Source: Candidatus Levyibacteriota bacterium
Lineage (GTDB): Bacteria; Patescibacteriota; Microgenomatia; Levybacterales; UBA12049
Direction of reading: 5' to 3'
NCBI GenBank assembly: GCA_016182235.1
Contig: JACOXT010000003.1
Coordinates: 529,199 to 593,198 of the forward strand
Length of the DNA stretch: 64,000 bases
Every line of letters starts with the position of its first letter. Position 1 is the stretch's first letter. This document shows positions 42,377-52,531 of this stretch, piece by piece. The notes under the pieces were generated by a model that was not told the origin of the DNA, searched no databases, and saw nothing but the letters and a program-made list of their open reading frames with translations. Made by a program: the position numbers and the translations under genes.

Positions 42377-44215
42377 ATGAGCGAGATTCAAGAGTTAGTT
42401 ACACCAGTTCAACCTCAACCCGAACACATAGTTAACCAAAAAGATGTTTTCAGAACAAAAGTGAAAAACATATTTGTAAATGCAAATGACAGAGGCGGAA
42501 GACCCGAAAGCACTCCTTCAGAGCTAGAAGAAGTTGATAGCTTTTTAAAATCTGAAGATCGTTTTACAGATAAATGGTGGGAAAAAATGTATATATGGAT
42601 GGATCAACATGACTTCCACCGCCAAAAAGATTTAGTAATGCAAGCAACTTCTGAATCTTTAGGCTCCTTGCCAGAGAACGCGACACTCCCTAGTCAACTA
42701 AAATACTGGATAAATAAAATTAACGGCTGGCCGCAGAATGAAGCAATAAGGAAACAAATATTGGACACCTTAAGAAATTCCTCAATACCTCTATCTTTGA
42801 GAAGTCAGCTTGGCAAATACCTAGCGGAAAGCGATGTTACTCCATACAGTGTAGATTCAATTATAGAAGATTATAGAATATTAGGAGAGGATGTAGGTGA
42901 GGAAGTAAGAGCTCAGATATTTCCTATAATGTTAATAGGCGGTGCATATGAAAAGTTTGAGGAATACAAAGAAGACTTCATTAATCTTTATGAGCATAAG
43001 GCTGAATCTCCGAATTTAGCACCCGATAAGAAACAATCTTTACTGGGAAAAATTGGCTCTCGTTTCAGACGCCCGCAAAGACTCAGCCGTGAACAAGAAC
43101 TTCACAAAAGAAATCTTGCGGAGAGAAGAATTGAGACCATTAGAAATCTTGTCTTAGAGCTATTCCCTCCTTTATCAGAAGATCCGGATCAGTTCGGTAA
43201 ATGGAAACGACTACATCCTTATGAAGGTGTAGGGCATGGCGGAAAGTATTCAGATGAACCTGTAAGCGTGTGTATGTCAACACTGCCTGTTGAAACTTTA
43301 GAAAAGTATTTGGATGATCTAAAACTCTTGAAGGCATTGCCGGAATTCGAAAATCTATCAACAAATGTTGCTAGTCGGAGAGGGAAGGGGGTTGAAGCTC
43401 CCTTTGTTGCTTTAGGACACGCTACTACAGGATTTTATGATAGCGATGATTTTATCTCAGTTGACTCTGTTTTGCGTTATTTAAACAGCTTAAAGAGAAC
43501 TGAAGTCTTAGATGAGCGCATAGTTGATGAAGTTTTATCTGGAATGGGAGCATTCACGATTTATGACGATATAAATGCTATAGTTCGCAGAAACTTTAGA
43601 GCGTTAATCGAGGAGACTCAACTGCCCAATGAATACATGATAACTACTAATGATTATTCTATGTTAAGAATTCGCGATGAAGACGCATTTAAAGACCGGT
43701 TAGAAACAGCAAAATCAATAACGCTTGCACATAAGAACTATAATAATTGTTTTTTACTAGTTTACGATCTAGTTGACAAAGGCATTATCAGCGGAGAGAG
43801 AGCCCTAGAGTTACCAAATAAAGCAAGCAATATTTTTTCAAGAGAACCTTTAATGAATTACGTATTTGATCTAGCTTTTTTAAAATTTCCAGAATTATTT
43901 CTAAAAACAGACGATGGGATAGAATTTCTTACCCATTATTCTACCAACGGTATATTTTCCCTGGATAAGTCCCTTGATTCAAGAATAGGTTCGTTAACTG
44001 AGAATCTTCAACGAGAAGGAATATTTAAGTTTTCAAATTTTATCAAAGATGTTATTCCCCGTGAGATAGAGCGTGTTGATAAATTGTTGCTGGAAAACTC
44101 TTCAATAGAGATAACTCAAGAAAATTGGCAGCCCTTTTTATTTGCGTATATTAGTAGACATACAGAACCATGGGGATTTCCCAATCTTTCGCCTAGATCC
44201 GCAGAAAGAATCTAA
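42377..44215 (+). CDS. Large hypothetical protein, N-terminal part (probably one gene with 44236..46389)
   Basis: 612-aa ORF; the downstream ORF frame is open back across this stop. Confidence 0.55.
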   Translation: MSEIQELVTPVQPQPEHIVNQKDVFRTKVKNIFVNANDRGGRPESTPSELEEVDSFLKSEDRFTDKWWEKMYIWMDQHDFHRQKDLVMQATSESLGSLPENATLPSQLKYWINKINGWPQNEAIRKQILDTLRNSSIPLSLRSQLGKYLAESDVTPYSVDSIIEDYRILGEDVGEEVRAQIFPIMLIGGAYEKFEEYKEDFINLYEHKAESPNLAPDKKQSLLGKIGSRFRRPQRLSREQELHKRNLAERRIETIRNLVLELFPPLSEDPDQFGKWKRLHPYEGVGHGGKYSDEPVSVCMSTLPVETLEKYLDDLKLLKALPEFENLSTNVASRRGKGVEAPFVALGHATTGFYDSDDFISVDSVLRYLNSLKRTEVLDERIVDEVLSGMGAFTIYDDINAIVRRNFRALIEETQLPNEYMITTNDYSMLRIRDEDAFKDRLETAKSITLAHKNYNNCFLLVYDLVDKGIISGERALELPNKASNIFSREPLMNYVFDLAFLKFPELFLKTDDGIEFLTHYSTNGIFSLDKSLDSRIGSLTENLQREGIFKFSNFIKDVIPREIERVDKLLLENSSIEITQENWQPFLFAYISRHTEPWGFPNLSPRSAERI

Positions 44216-44235
44216 AAAGAGAAGATCCAACTGAT

Positions 44236-46389
44236 TTGTCTTTTTCTCTAAATATGATTACAAAATTCATCGATTTTTGCGGTGGAGCAGGACCACTCAG
44301 TCAAATACGATCTCTCGGCTCTTTTATTAACGATGTCGACAATGCTTACTCAAAGAGTACGACGGTTGAAAGAACTGAGGTAGAAATCTTTAATGGATTG
44401 GTAAAGATAGAAGAAAAATTTGCAAAAGAGAGATGGTCCAACGAAGATAAGGCTGATTTTTATAATATTTCCCGTGATATATTAGGTGCTGCACCTAGCA
44501 TTTTCTCAGATTGTCTGGGTCTTTTTGAAAGATTAAACCCATCACAAATGAAGTTATTTGCCAAAGAAATATATCCTCTATACAGAACCAAACTCGTATT
44601 AATAGAGAAAATAGATGATAAAGGCAAAAAAGTATATAATAGGCAACAATTGCTTCAATTAAGAACTGCCATCCGAGGTTTTGTAAGTTTATTGAATGAG
44701 GGAGAAAAACCTTTAGAAACTCAGAAGCAAAATCTACTTGTAGATATACAAAACCTTATTAAAGATCGCTTTGGAATCATAAAAATTCCTGAAAACTTTA
44801 CCCCAGAACATACGCGTTCAATCATCAATATATCTACTTATCTAGCAAATCTTCATGGAAGAACTCCCGAAAAAGAAACAATAATAGGATTCTATTTGTC
44901 TTTAATGATAAATGATAAATGGGACAGCTTTAGGAGTGGTGAAGAAATTAATCCTGATGAATATTTAACTCATGAAAAAAGCAGTGAAATTAAGTCATTC
45001 CTAAATAACAGACAAAGATTAAATCCTCTGAATGTTGATAATTTAGGCATTCACCAGGAACAATTATCTGAACTAATTAAATTGTTGCAAAAAGAGCAAC
45101 AAAATATTGTTATAGGCAACATTGAAACAATTGATATCAAGCTAACAAATATTATTCTAAATTTACATGGTTTGGAAGATCCAGATTTGCACCCCGATCT
45201 CTTGGACAAACAAAGACTGAAGCTATTATTGAATTGGGGCAACAGGAAAATAGGATCAACAGTTGCAAAAATGTATCAGAAGTCTCTAAATCCTGAAAGA
45301 TCAATTCAGTTTTCTGGGGAAGAGACAATTATTCAACAAGACATAACTAGTATTATTCAAGAAAGTGGACTCATTCTTAATCACCAAGTATTAAAAGAAC
45401 ACTTTCAAGATGGAATCAAACCTTTAGCAACAGTTGTTAATCTACTTGGATTTGTTGGGGAAACACAGGCAGAACCCGAAATAGAGCAACTAAGAAATTT
45501 ATTGGAACCTTCAGATAAAGTTATTGAGATATTTAGAAGGTTAGGAGAAGACTTCAAGCCTACTTCGGGCGCAATTGCACTATCTCAAGACTTAACATAT
45601 CTTGATAATCTAATTGTAAAAAGGGAAGACGAGCTTACGCTGGAAGAAAGGACATTACTTACAGATTATACCACTCAAATAAGAAAACAGGTAATAAAAC
45701 TTGAAAGTATATATGGTCAAATTAAAAATAAATTTGCTGGTCTGAAACAAGGATTAAATACTCCCAAGAGTCCTCTTCTTCAAGACAAACTGCATGAGAT
45801 AGATAGGATTATTAATACTCAAACTACACAGCAAGTAATTACAAGTATTATGACAAATAATTTGAATACAATTATAGAAAATATCCGCGAATGTTTATCT
45901 TGCACTAAGGAAGGAAGTAATAATGATACTAATTTAACTTTTGGAGATACGAATAAATTTTACTTATATAGTCAAACCGAGACGCAGGAAAAAGGAAGTA
46001 TTTCAGACCAGGTAGTGTTTGTTGAGCCAACTACTAGAAAAGACGGTTCTCAGAGTATTTCATTTGTTCTTGACAGAGTTTACGGTACCAATACGCCTAC
46101 TATTCTGGAAAACCAGGTGGATACAATCCTAAAGAAATGCACAACAATTAGAGAAAGATTTCCTAAAATAAAACTAACAATTTTTGTTTCTGACGCAGCA
46201 ACCAAAACAGGCGGAATTTCAACTGATATGTTTTTGGAAAGACTGAGAGCAAAAAAAATTACAGCTGAGAGGGAAATAATAGAAGTGAACGTAGTCGAGT
46301 CGTCCACTGGAGACCATTACATTGAATTCGGTGGAGATGCTAGAAAATCTGGGAAAAGAGATGTAGATGGAATCCTCATTTCTGCCTGA
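44236..46389 (+). CDS. Large hypothetical protein, C-terminal part with ECLSC motif
   Basis: 717-aa helical ORF; lacks a convincing start of its own. Confidence 0.55.
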   Translation: MSFSLNMITKFIDFCGGAGPLSQIRSLGSFINDVDNAYSKSTTVERTEVEIFNGLVKIEEKFAKERWSNEDKADFYNISRDILGAAPSIFSDCLGLFERLNPSQMKLFAKEIYPLYRTKLVLIEKIDDKGKKVYNRQQLLQLRTAIRGFVSLLNEGEKPLETQKQNLLVDIQNLIKDRFGIIKIPENFTPEHTRSIINISTYLANLHGRTPEKETIIGFYLSLMINDKWDSFRSGEEINPDEYLTHEKSSEIKSFLNNRQRLNPLNVDNLGIHQEQLSELIKLLQKEQQNIVIGNIETIDIKLTNIILNLHGLEDPDLHPDLLDKQRLKLLLNWGNRKIGSTVAKMYQKSLNPERSIQFSGEETIIQQDITSIIQESGLILNHQVLKEHFQDGIKPLATVVNLLGFVGETQAEPEIEQLRNLLEPSDKVIEIFRRLGEDFKPTSGAIALSQDLTYLDNLIVKREDELTLEERTLLTDYTTQIRKQVIKLESIYGQIKNKFAGLKQGLNTPKSPLLQDKLHEIDRIINTQTTQQVITSIMTNNLNTIIENIRECLSCTKEGSNNDTNLTFGDTNKFYLYSQTETQEKGSISDQVVFVEPTTRKDGSQSISFVLDRVYGTNTPTILENQVDTILKKCTTIRERFPKIKLTIFVSDAATKTGGISTDMFLERLRAKKITAEREIIEVNVVESSTGDHYIEFGGDARKSGKRDVDGILISA

Positions 46390-46391
46390 AT

Positions 46392-47018
46392 TTATATACG
46401 CCCTAGAGAAGTCTTGAGCGTCTTTTTTGAAACAATCTCTCCGGTTGCATCAATCTCATAAATATAAATCTCGCCTGTTGCGATTTCGAGTTTTTCGACA
46501 TCTTTATCTGAGATATTTTCAAGATATTTTACAAGAGCCCGAAGTGAATTTCCGTGAGCAACAACCAATACATTTTTCCCTGCTTTAAGTTTTGGTAAAA
46601 TTTTATTTTGATAGTAGGGAACAACGCGATTATAAACGTCTTTTAGAGACTCGCCATTTTTTATTGGCATGTTCCACCCTCTTCGAATTTTTTGAAATTC
46701 TGACTTTCCTACTTCTTTTTGAATCTCCCATTTATTCTTGCCGGTCAAATAACCATAGTCTCTTTCATTTAACGCTTCATCTTCAATTGAGGAAAGCGTA
46801 TTAAGATTTAAAACTTTTCTAATTTCATCCAAAGTTTCCTTTGCTCTTTTAAGAACTGAAGTAAATGCCAAGTCTATTTTTATGTTTTCTAAAGATTTTC
46901 CTGCAAGCCTAGCTTCCTGCCGACCTTTTTCGCTAAGACTAATATCTGTTAATCCAGTCCAAACACCTTTTGCATTCCACAGAGACTCGCCATGTCTAAC
47001 CAAAATTAAATTAGCCAT
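46392..47018 (-). CDS. gpmA: 2,3-bisphosphoglycerate-dependent phosphoglycerate mutase
   Basis: LVRHGES, LNERDYG, GESLKDV, AHGNSLRAL. Confidence 0.92.
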   Translation of the reverse strand: MANLILVRHGESLWNAKGVWTGLTDISLSEKGRQEARLAGKSLENIKIDLAFTSVLKRAKETLDEIRKVLNLNTLSSIEDEALNERDYGYLTGKNKWEIQKEVGKSEFQKIRRGWNMPIKNGESLKDVYNRVVPYYQNKILPKLKAGKNVLVVAHGNSLRALVKYLENISDKDVEKLEIATGEIYIYEIDATGEIVSKKTLKTSLGRI

Positions 47019-47020
47019 AA

Positions 47021-48274
47021 TTATAATACCTTCAGTTGGCTTTCAATCTGCAAAAGCCTATTATATTTAGATACGTTTTCTCCTCTAGAAAGCGTCCCTA
47101 GTTTAACATAATCCGAAGAAACCGCAACCGCGAAATCCGATATGAAATCGTCATTTGTCTCGTTATTTCTATGAGAAACTACTATTTTTAGCCCTATTAC
47201 TTTTGCAGCCTCAGCAATCGCGAGCGATTCGATAACCGTACCAACTTGGCTTGGCTTTATGACAATTCCCGAAATTGCCTTTTTTTCCAAAGCCAAATTT
47301 AATTTATTAAGGTTTGTTGCTGTTAAATCTCCGCCTATAATCGCAATATTTTGGGAAAATTTTGCTGTCAAATTTTCCCAAGCAGTCCAATCATCGTAAG
47401 AGAAAGGGTCTTCAAGATATAGTATATTAATGTCTTTGATCATATCTTCATAGAAACCTAAAAGCTCCTTCGCGGACAAAGGTGAGGAAAAATCTTTTAT
47501 TTTATATTTACCATCCCTCGCGAAATTAGTGGCTCTGCTGTTAAGTCCAAAAAATATGTCAAATCCAGGTCTATATATATTTTCGACTGCTTTTTTCAGA
47601 ACGAGAAACGCTTCTTTGTTAGACGGCATTCCCGAAGTATTTATGTCATCGTATTCCGCCTCGAAAGAGCCATTGGAGCTTAGCAATTGCTTTAGAGATT
47701 TACGAATTAGCATACACATTTGTAACGAATCTGAGAATGACTTCGAGGATGGGGGAATTACGATAAACTCATCAAAATCAGAAGCTCCGGTAATTGAATC
47801 AACACTACTATTTATTGCGTTAAATAAAGGGATTGGAATTGCGGGCTTTGGATTTCTCTTATGCAAGAGCTGCCTAAGATAGATGTAAAGCGGAAGATTA
47901 GACGTTTGCGAAGCGGCTTTTGCAACAGCCATTGAAACGGAAAATATCGCATTTGCTCCAAGAGAAGACTTGTTTGGCGTACCGTCCAGCTCAATCATTT
48001 TTCCGTCTATTTCGTGTTGTTTTAGCGCATCTTTGCCTATCAGATGAGGGGCAATTGGACTTAGGACGTTCCCGACAGCTTTAAGTACTCCATTCCCGCC
48101 AAATCTTTTCTCATCATTATCTTTTAATTCCAATGCATTTAAAACGCTATCTTTTCCACCAGGATATGAGGCAATTCCTACCTTTCCGTTGTCCAAAATA
48201 ACCGTTGCTTCAACTGTTGGCAAACCATTTGCACTTAAGACCTCTCTTGCCATTATCTTTTTTATTCTGGACAT
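47021..48274 (-). CDS. eno: Enolase homolog with several catalytic motifs degenerate
   Basis: PTVEA, LDGTPNKSSLGANA, EDP, IKPSQVGT, SHR, KYNRLLQIE. Confidence 0.8.
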   Translation of the reverse strand: MSRIKKIMAREVLSANGLPTVEATVILDNGKVGIASYPGGKDSVLNALELKDNDEKRFGGNGVLKAVGNVLSPIAPHLIGKDALKQHEIDGKMIELDGTPNKSSLGANAIFSVSMAVAKAASQTSNLPLYIYLRQLLHKRNPKPAIPIPLFNAINSSVDSITGASDFDEFIVIPPSSKSFSDSLQMCMLIRKSLKQLLSSNGSFEAEYDDINTSGMPSNKEAFLVLKKAVENIYRPGFDIFFGLNSRATNFARDGKYKIKDFSSPLSAKELLGFYEDMIKDINILYLEDPFSYDDWTAWENLTAKFSQNIAIIGGDLTATNLNKLNLALEKKAISGIVIKPSQVGTVIESLAIAEAAKVIGLKIVVSHRNNETNDDFISDFAVAVSSDYVKLGTLSRGENVSKYNRLLQIESQLKVL

Positions 48275-48278
48275 CTGA

Positions 48279-49472
48279 TTAATTTAATCCTCCTTTGTAC
48301 ACCTCTCCCTTTGCCCCATCCAAAGTAACAACACTGCCAGTGTGAAGTGCTGAAGTTGCATGTATTACGCCTTGGATCATGGGTTTGCCAACAATTTTTC
48401 CGTAAATCATTTTGTCATGATCTGTAAAGGAGGCCGTCTCAGTTATAAATCCTTTTGCTTTTCTTATTATGTGGAATAAGCTTGTTTCGATTTTTGGGAC
48501 AACAAGTATCTCGCTTGGGTTTACATTATGTATTATTCTATAATTTTTAAAAATTCTCACAGGACCCGTTGTAATCCCGGGAAAAGTACTAACGCCTTTT
48601 AATAACATACGCTGTCTGGACTTTTGGTGATTGAGTTTAGGATGATGTAAAAAACCTGGCGTTGAAGGAAATGATTGCGATTCTGATATAGAATTAGCCA
48701 TTTGTTTTGTACTCAATATGTAAATTATATCGCGATCTATTGAAAATTTTATTTCTTGAGGAAAGTAAAAATGCTTTTGAAGCAATATTCCAATATGCGA
48801 AAGAGTCCGAGCTTGAATATCGGAAAGCTGATGTGATTTTTTAACATGAGTTTGATGGCTTTTAAATAAGATACGAAGATCTTTTTTTGATAGCACGTAG
48901 CGGGAATGTTCATGTCCGTCTTCTTCTATGACGATTTTTGTTTTGTCGCTCGTTAATGGATCTTCTGTAAACATTGTTCCGCTTTTTCTAGAATTTACTT
49001 TTTTCTGGACTGCAACAGCGATATCAAGTCTGGAAAGATTATTAATTTCATCTGAGCCAATTTCTAAAAGTGTAATTTTTTTAAATTGGGCAGCCCAAAT
49101 TTCTTTTATTGCGACTATTAAATTGGCATCCCCTTTGACTTCGTAATGTATATTTTTAAAACTAAATGGGGACGAAGGAGTAGCGATCACGGCATTTTCT
49201 TTAAATCTATTCCCTAATCTAGAGTAGTAATCATGTACTTGGCTTGCCATATCTTCAGGCATGGAAGCGTGCATGACCTGTTTTTCCGTTGAAGAAATTG
49301 AATATAGCTTATTTGCAATCAGGAATTCCCTAAAACAGTTAGTTGTGACCACAAATCCTTCAGGAACAGGAACCCTGATGCGAGACAGTTCGCCTAACTG
49401 TGCGGCGTACTGACCGGCGTGATCTACGTCTCTTTTGTCAACTTTTGAGATATCAAGAACGTAATTCCCCAT
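48279..49472 (-). CDS. PEP synthase/PPDK-like protein: ATP-grasp N-domain plus swivel domain, no PEP-binding domain
   Basis: LGELSRIRVPVPEGFVVT, AVAVQK, SGTMFTEDP, TGPVRI, VTLDGAKGEVY. Confidence 0.7.
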   Translation of the reverse strand: MGNYVLDISKVDKRDVDHAGQYAAQLGELSRIRVPVPEGFVVTTNCFREFLIANKLYSISSTEKQVMHASMPEDMASQVHDYYSRLGNRFKENAVIATPSSPFSFKNIHYEVKGDANLIVAIKEIWAAQFKKITLLEIGSDEINNLSRLDIAVAVQKKVNSRKSGTMFTEDPLTSDKTKIVIEEDGHEHSRYVLSKKDLRILFKSHQTHVKKSHQLSDIQARTLSHIGILLQKHFYFPQEIKFSIDRDIIYILSTKQMANSISESQSFPSTPGFLHHPKLNHQKSRQRMLLKGVSTFPGITTGPVRIFKNYRIIHNVNPSEILVVPKIETSLFHIIRKAKGFITETASFTDHDKMIYGKIVGKPMIQGVIHATSALHTGSVVTLDGAKGEVYKGGLN

Positions 49473-49515
49473 ACGGTATTATTATGAAGATATCTGAAAA
49501 AATTATCAAGAAGAG

Positions 49516-50871
49516 CTAAAAATTCTGAATTGCGGTCAGGAGTTCGCTTTTTTTCTCTTCCATAAGCGATTGCGTTCGGGCCTCCAAATTAAGTCTAAGA
49601 AGGTTTTCCGTATTGGATTTCCTCAAGTTAAACCGCCAATCTTTATACTCGATTGATAATCCGTCAATAAATTCTTTTTTCCCGTCCGAATACTTTTTTT
49701 CAATAGCTTCTAAAATCTCATCTTTTTTTTCTGTTTCAAAATTTATCTCCCCGGATATAAAGTATTTTGAAGTATAAGGATAGGTTAGGGCTGAAAGAGT
49801 AGTATTGTACTTAGAAAGCATTTCTATAATTAAAAAGAGAGGTATTATTCCATTGTCTCTATAATAATTCTCTTTAAAATAGAAATGACTGGACATTTCT
49901 CCTCCAAATATAGCACCCTCTTTTTTCATCCTATCGGCAATTATTGTCATACCGGGCTTAGAGATAATGGGAATTCCGCCGCTATTTTTTATCTCTTCGG
50001 TTGTTGCCCAAATTAATCTCGGGTCAATTATAATTCTGCCTCCCTTATGTTTTAGAAGAATTTCCTTCGCCAAAACTGCCGTAATAAAATAACCCTCTAT
50101 AAAATTGCCTTTCTCATCGGCAAAAAAACATCTGTCTCCATCCGCGTCCCAAGATACGCCAAAATCCGCATGGGACTCCAGTATCAAATCTAAAAATTCC
50201 TTTCTGTTTTCGGAAAGCAGAGGATTAGGCGGTCCTTTTGGAAATGTCCCGTCCGGCTTATCGTTAAGAGGTACAAGCTCAATAGGCAAATTATACATTT
50301 CTATTGCTTTTTTCAAGATCAAAACGTCTACTCCGAAGTTGCCGTTGGCGACTACTTTTTTGTGAGAAAATGAAGTCACGTCTACGAAAGAAATGGCTTT
50401 TTTTATAAAGCCTTCCATCACATCTTTTTTTTCGATAGTTCCAGGTCTTTGAGGTTTAATAACACTTGAATTTTTTATCGCTAAATCCCTGATATCAAAA
50501 AGTCCGGTTTGAGACGAGATGGGCTCCGCATTGCTTTTACAAAAATTCATCCCGTTCCATTCCCTTGGATTATGAGAAGCGGATATTGTTATCCCTCCGT
50601 CCACGCCTAAACTCCCAACCGCGTAATAAAACATATCTGTTGACACAATTCCAATATCAATAACATCAACGCCGGAATTTACAAACACGAGCTTGCATGC
50701 GTTAAACAAACTTTCTCCCGACTCTCTTACATCCCTCCCCAATACCACTTTTTTCGGTTTAAAAATCTTTATGAAAGCCTGGGTGATTTTACCAGCCACC
50801 TCTTCATTAAATTCAGTCGGATATATTCCCCGCACATCGTAGGACTTAAATATCGAAGCCTTTATGTTCAT
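49516..50871 (-). CDS. Phosphomannomutase/phosphoglucomutase
   Basis: FKSYDVRG, SASHNP, DADGDR, GEMSSH, RKSNTE. Confidence 0.92.
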   Translation of the reverse strand: MNIKASIFKSYDVRGIYPTEFNEEVAGKITQAFIKIFKPKKVVLGRDVRESGESLFNACKLVFVNSGVDVIDIGIVSTDMFYYAVGSLGVDGGITISASHNPREWNGMNFCKSNAEPISSQTGLFDIRDLAIKNSSVIKPQRPGTIEKKDVMEGFIKKAISFVDVTSFSHKKVVANGNFGVDVLILKKAIEMYNLPIELVPLNDKPDGTFPKGPPNPLLSENRKEFLDLILESHADFGVSWDADGDRCFFADEKGNFIEGYFITAVLAKEILLKHKGGRIIIDPRLIWATTEEIKNSGGIPIISKPGMTIIADRMKKEGAIFGGEMSSHFYFKENYYRDNGIIPLFLIIEMLSKYNTTLSALTYPYTSKYFISGEINFETEKKDEILEAIEKKYSDGKKEFIDGLSIEYKDWRFNLRKSNTENLLRLNLEARTQSLMEEKKSELLTAIQNF

Positions 50872-50880
50872 TTTTTTATG

Positions 50881-51582
50881 TTATATTTCAAACAAAAGAA
50901 AGTCAATGGCCTGAGGAAGCGTCAGGTTCAATTTGCCTGTTTTAAATCCTAATTCTATTTTGTATAGGAAATTATATATTCGCCTTAATTGGTCCACAGA
51001 GAATAATCTTGCCTGTCTGACAAGCTTCTCTTTCTGCCATGGGAAAAGCCGCATCAGCTCATCTATTGTTTTTTTTGTAGAATTATCCGATAGCGCAAGA
51101 AGCAGTCTAATTTGTCTTTGTATCATGAAAAAGATCAGCTCTTGATTAATCCCCGCGTCCAATGTCTTGTGGAATAAGATTATGAGATTTTTGAAGTTAT
51201 TTGGGCGAATGCTATCCAGAAACATAAAAATACTTTGCGGCAGTTTAAATTTTTTTAGGATTGCCTCTTTAAATACAAAAACATCTCTTTTTTGAATCTC
51301 TTTTCCTTCCCACAAGATAATGTTGGATGACCCATGATTCTTAGTTATGAAGTTTATAATTTCTTTTGTTTCGCTATTTGCTTTTTTAGTTTTTGTTAAA
51401 AAATCTTCTATAAATATTGACTTTGTGTCGCTAAAAAGACCCGATCCGAAGATAGCCTGCGCAAGATCCGTTATCGTCATCTTTGACGCGTCAAAAGTTA
51501 TTGAATCTTTTTGTTCCTGTTTTTTTTCTTGAAAAAATCTTCGCGAAGAAACAATATCATCGCCGTGAATTATAGTAATCAT
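50881..51582 (-). CDS. holA: DNA polymerase III delta subunit-like (HolA)
   Basis: ITIIHGDD N-terminus, GLFS, C-terminal PWQKEKL...KTG helical region. Confidence 0.6.
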   Translation of the reverse strand: MITIIHGDDIVSSRRFFQEKKQEQKDSITFDASKMTITDLAQAIFGSGLFSDTKSIFIEDFLTKTKKANSETKEIINFITKNHGSSNIILWEGKEIQKRDVFVFKEAILKKFKLPQSIFMFLDSIRPNNFKNLIILFHKTLDAGINQELIFFMIQRQIRLLLALSDNSTKKTIDELMRLFPWQKEKLVRQARLFSVDQLRRIYNFLYKIELGFKTGKLNLTLPQAIDFLLFEI

Positions 51583-51587
51583 ACTGG

Positions 51588-51986
51588 TTAAGCAGCCGAT
51601 TTATAATCTCTAAATAGTTTGTTTACCTGTGAAGCTAAATGGCGGCCTCGTGAACGATGGGGAACAAGCGCTCCTGAGAAATTTTTAGGTATATGAAGAA
51701 GCTCGTGGATAAGCACGCGTTTTTTTTCATCTGGACTTAATTTATCATAATATTTTGACAAAACTTCAATAACATACGCAGGCTTAATCCTCAGAGCGTT
51801 CTGAAAAATCTTTGGCATCGACCAAATACGAGCGTAGGATCTTGATTTTGAACCATGGGTTTTGTAACAGAAAATTCTTGAAGGATCAATGTGGTCAAAA
51901 CTCAAAACCTCAATTATTTTTTCTATGTCGCTTTTAATTTCACTGGCCGTTTCCCATTCTAATTTTTGATTTTTGAGTTTTGACAT
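51588..51986 (-). CDS. Putative metallopeptidase (HEXXH)
   Basis: ARIW, VLIHELLHIP motif. Confidence 0.75.
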   Translation of the reverse strand: MSKLKNQKLEWETASEIKSDIEKIIEVLSFDHIDPSRIFCYKTHGSKSRSYARIWSMPKIFQNALRIKPAYVIEVLSKYYDKLSPDEKKRVLIHELLHIPKNFSGALVPHRSRGRHLASQVNKLFRDYKSAA

Positions 51987-51995
51987 TTGAGTTTA

Positions 51996-52517
51996 TTACG
52001 TATGCTTATCAGCAACATAAGATGCACCGTATGCCTCTGGCTTTGTTTTGGCGACAAATCCATTGCCGTTTACCATCCCCACGACTTCTTTTATCATATC
52101 TCTTGTGTCACCATGCTCTCCGACATCTATATGTATTTCAAGACGATAGTTTGGGGATTTACCGTTTAGCGTTTTTTTAAGCTTGGGAACAAAGACAGTG
52201 GCAAAGTTAAGAGATTCCAGGGTTTCTGAATATATTTTTTCTCGAAGCGAATGAATATTTGGCACTTCTTTTCTTTTCCAAAAATATTTTCCCCCAAAAC
52301 CCTTTCTATGAACGATAACAGCAGTTACAAGTCCTATTGTTTTAGTTCCATTTATTGAACCGTTCTTCTCGTGAGAATCTGTTCCTATGACAAGGCTATA
52401 TTGCACGTTCGGCTCCTCCTCCAGGAACAATTTTATCAGCTTAATAGAATCGTCTATTTTTAATTGTCCATGCGTGACGCTGTTAAATATATCATCGATC
52501 TGGCCTTCAAAATTCAT
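51996..52517 (-). CDS. RNase H-like YkuK family protein
   Basis: VIGTDS, EIHIDVG, KPEAYGASYVADKHT. Confidence 0.85.
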   Translation of the reverse strand: MNFEGQIDDIFNSVTHGQLKIDDSIKLIKLFLEEEPNVQYSLVIGTDSHEKNGSINGTKTIGLVTAVIVHRKGFGGKYFWKRKEVPNIHSLREKIYSETLESLNFATVFVPKLKKTLNGKSPNYRLEIHIDVGEHGDTRDMIKEVVGMVNGNGFVAKTKPEAYGASYVADKHT

Positions 52518-52531
52518 AAACTCATCCCATA

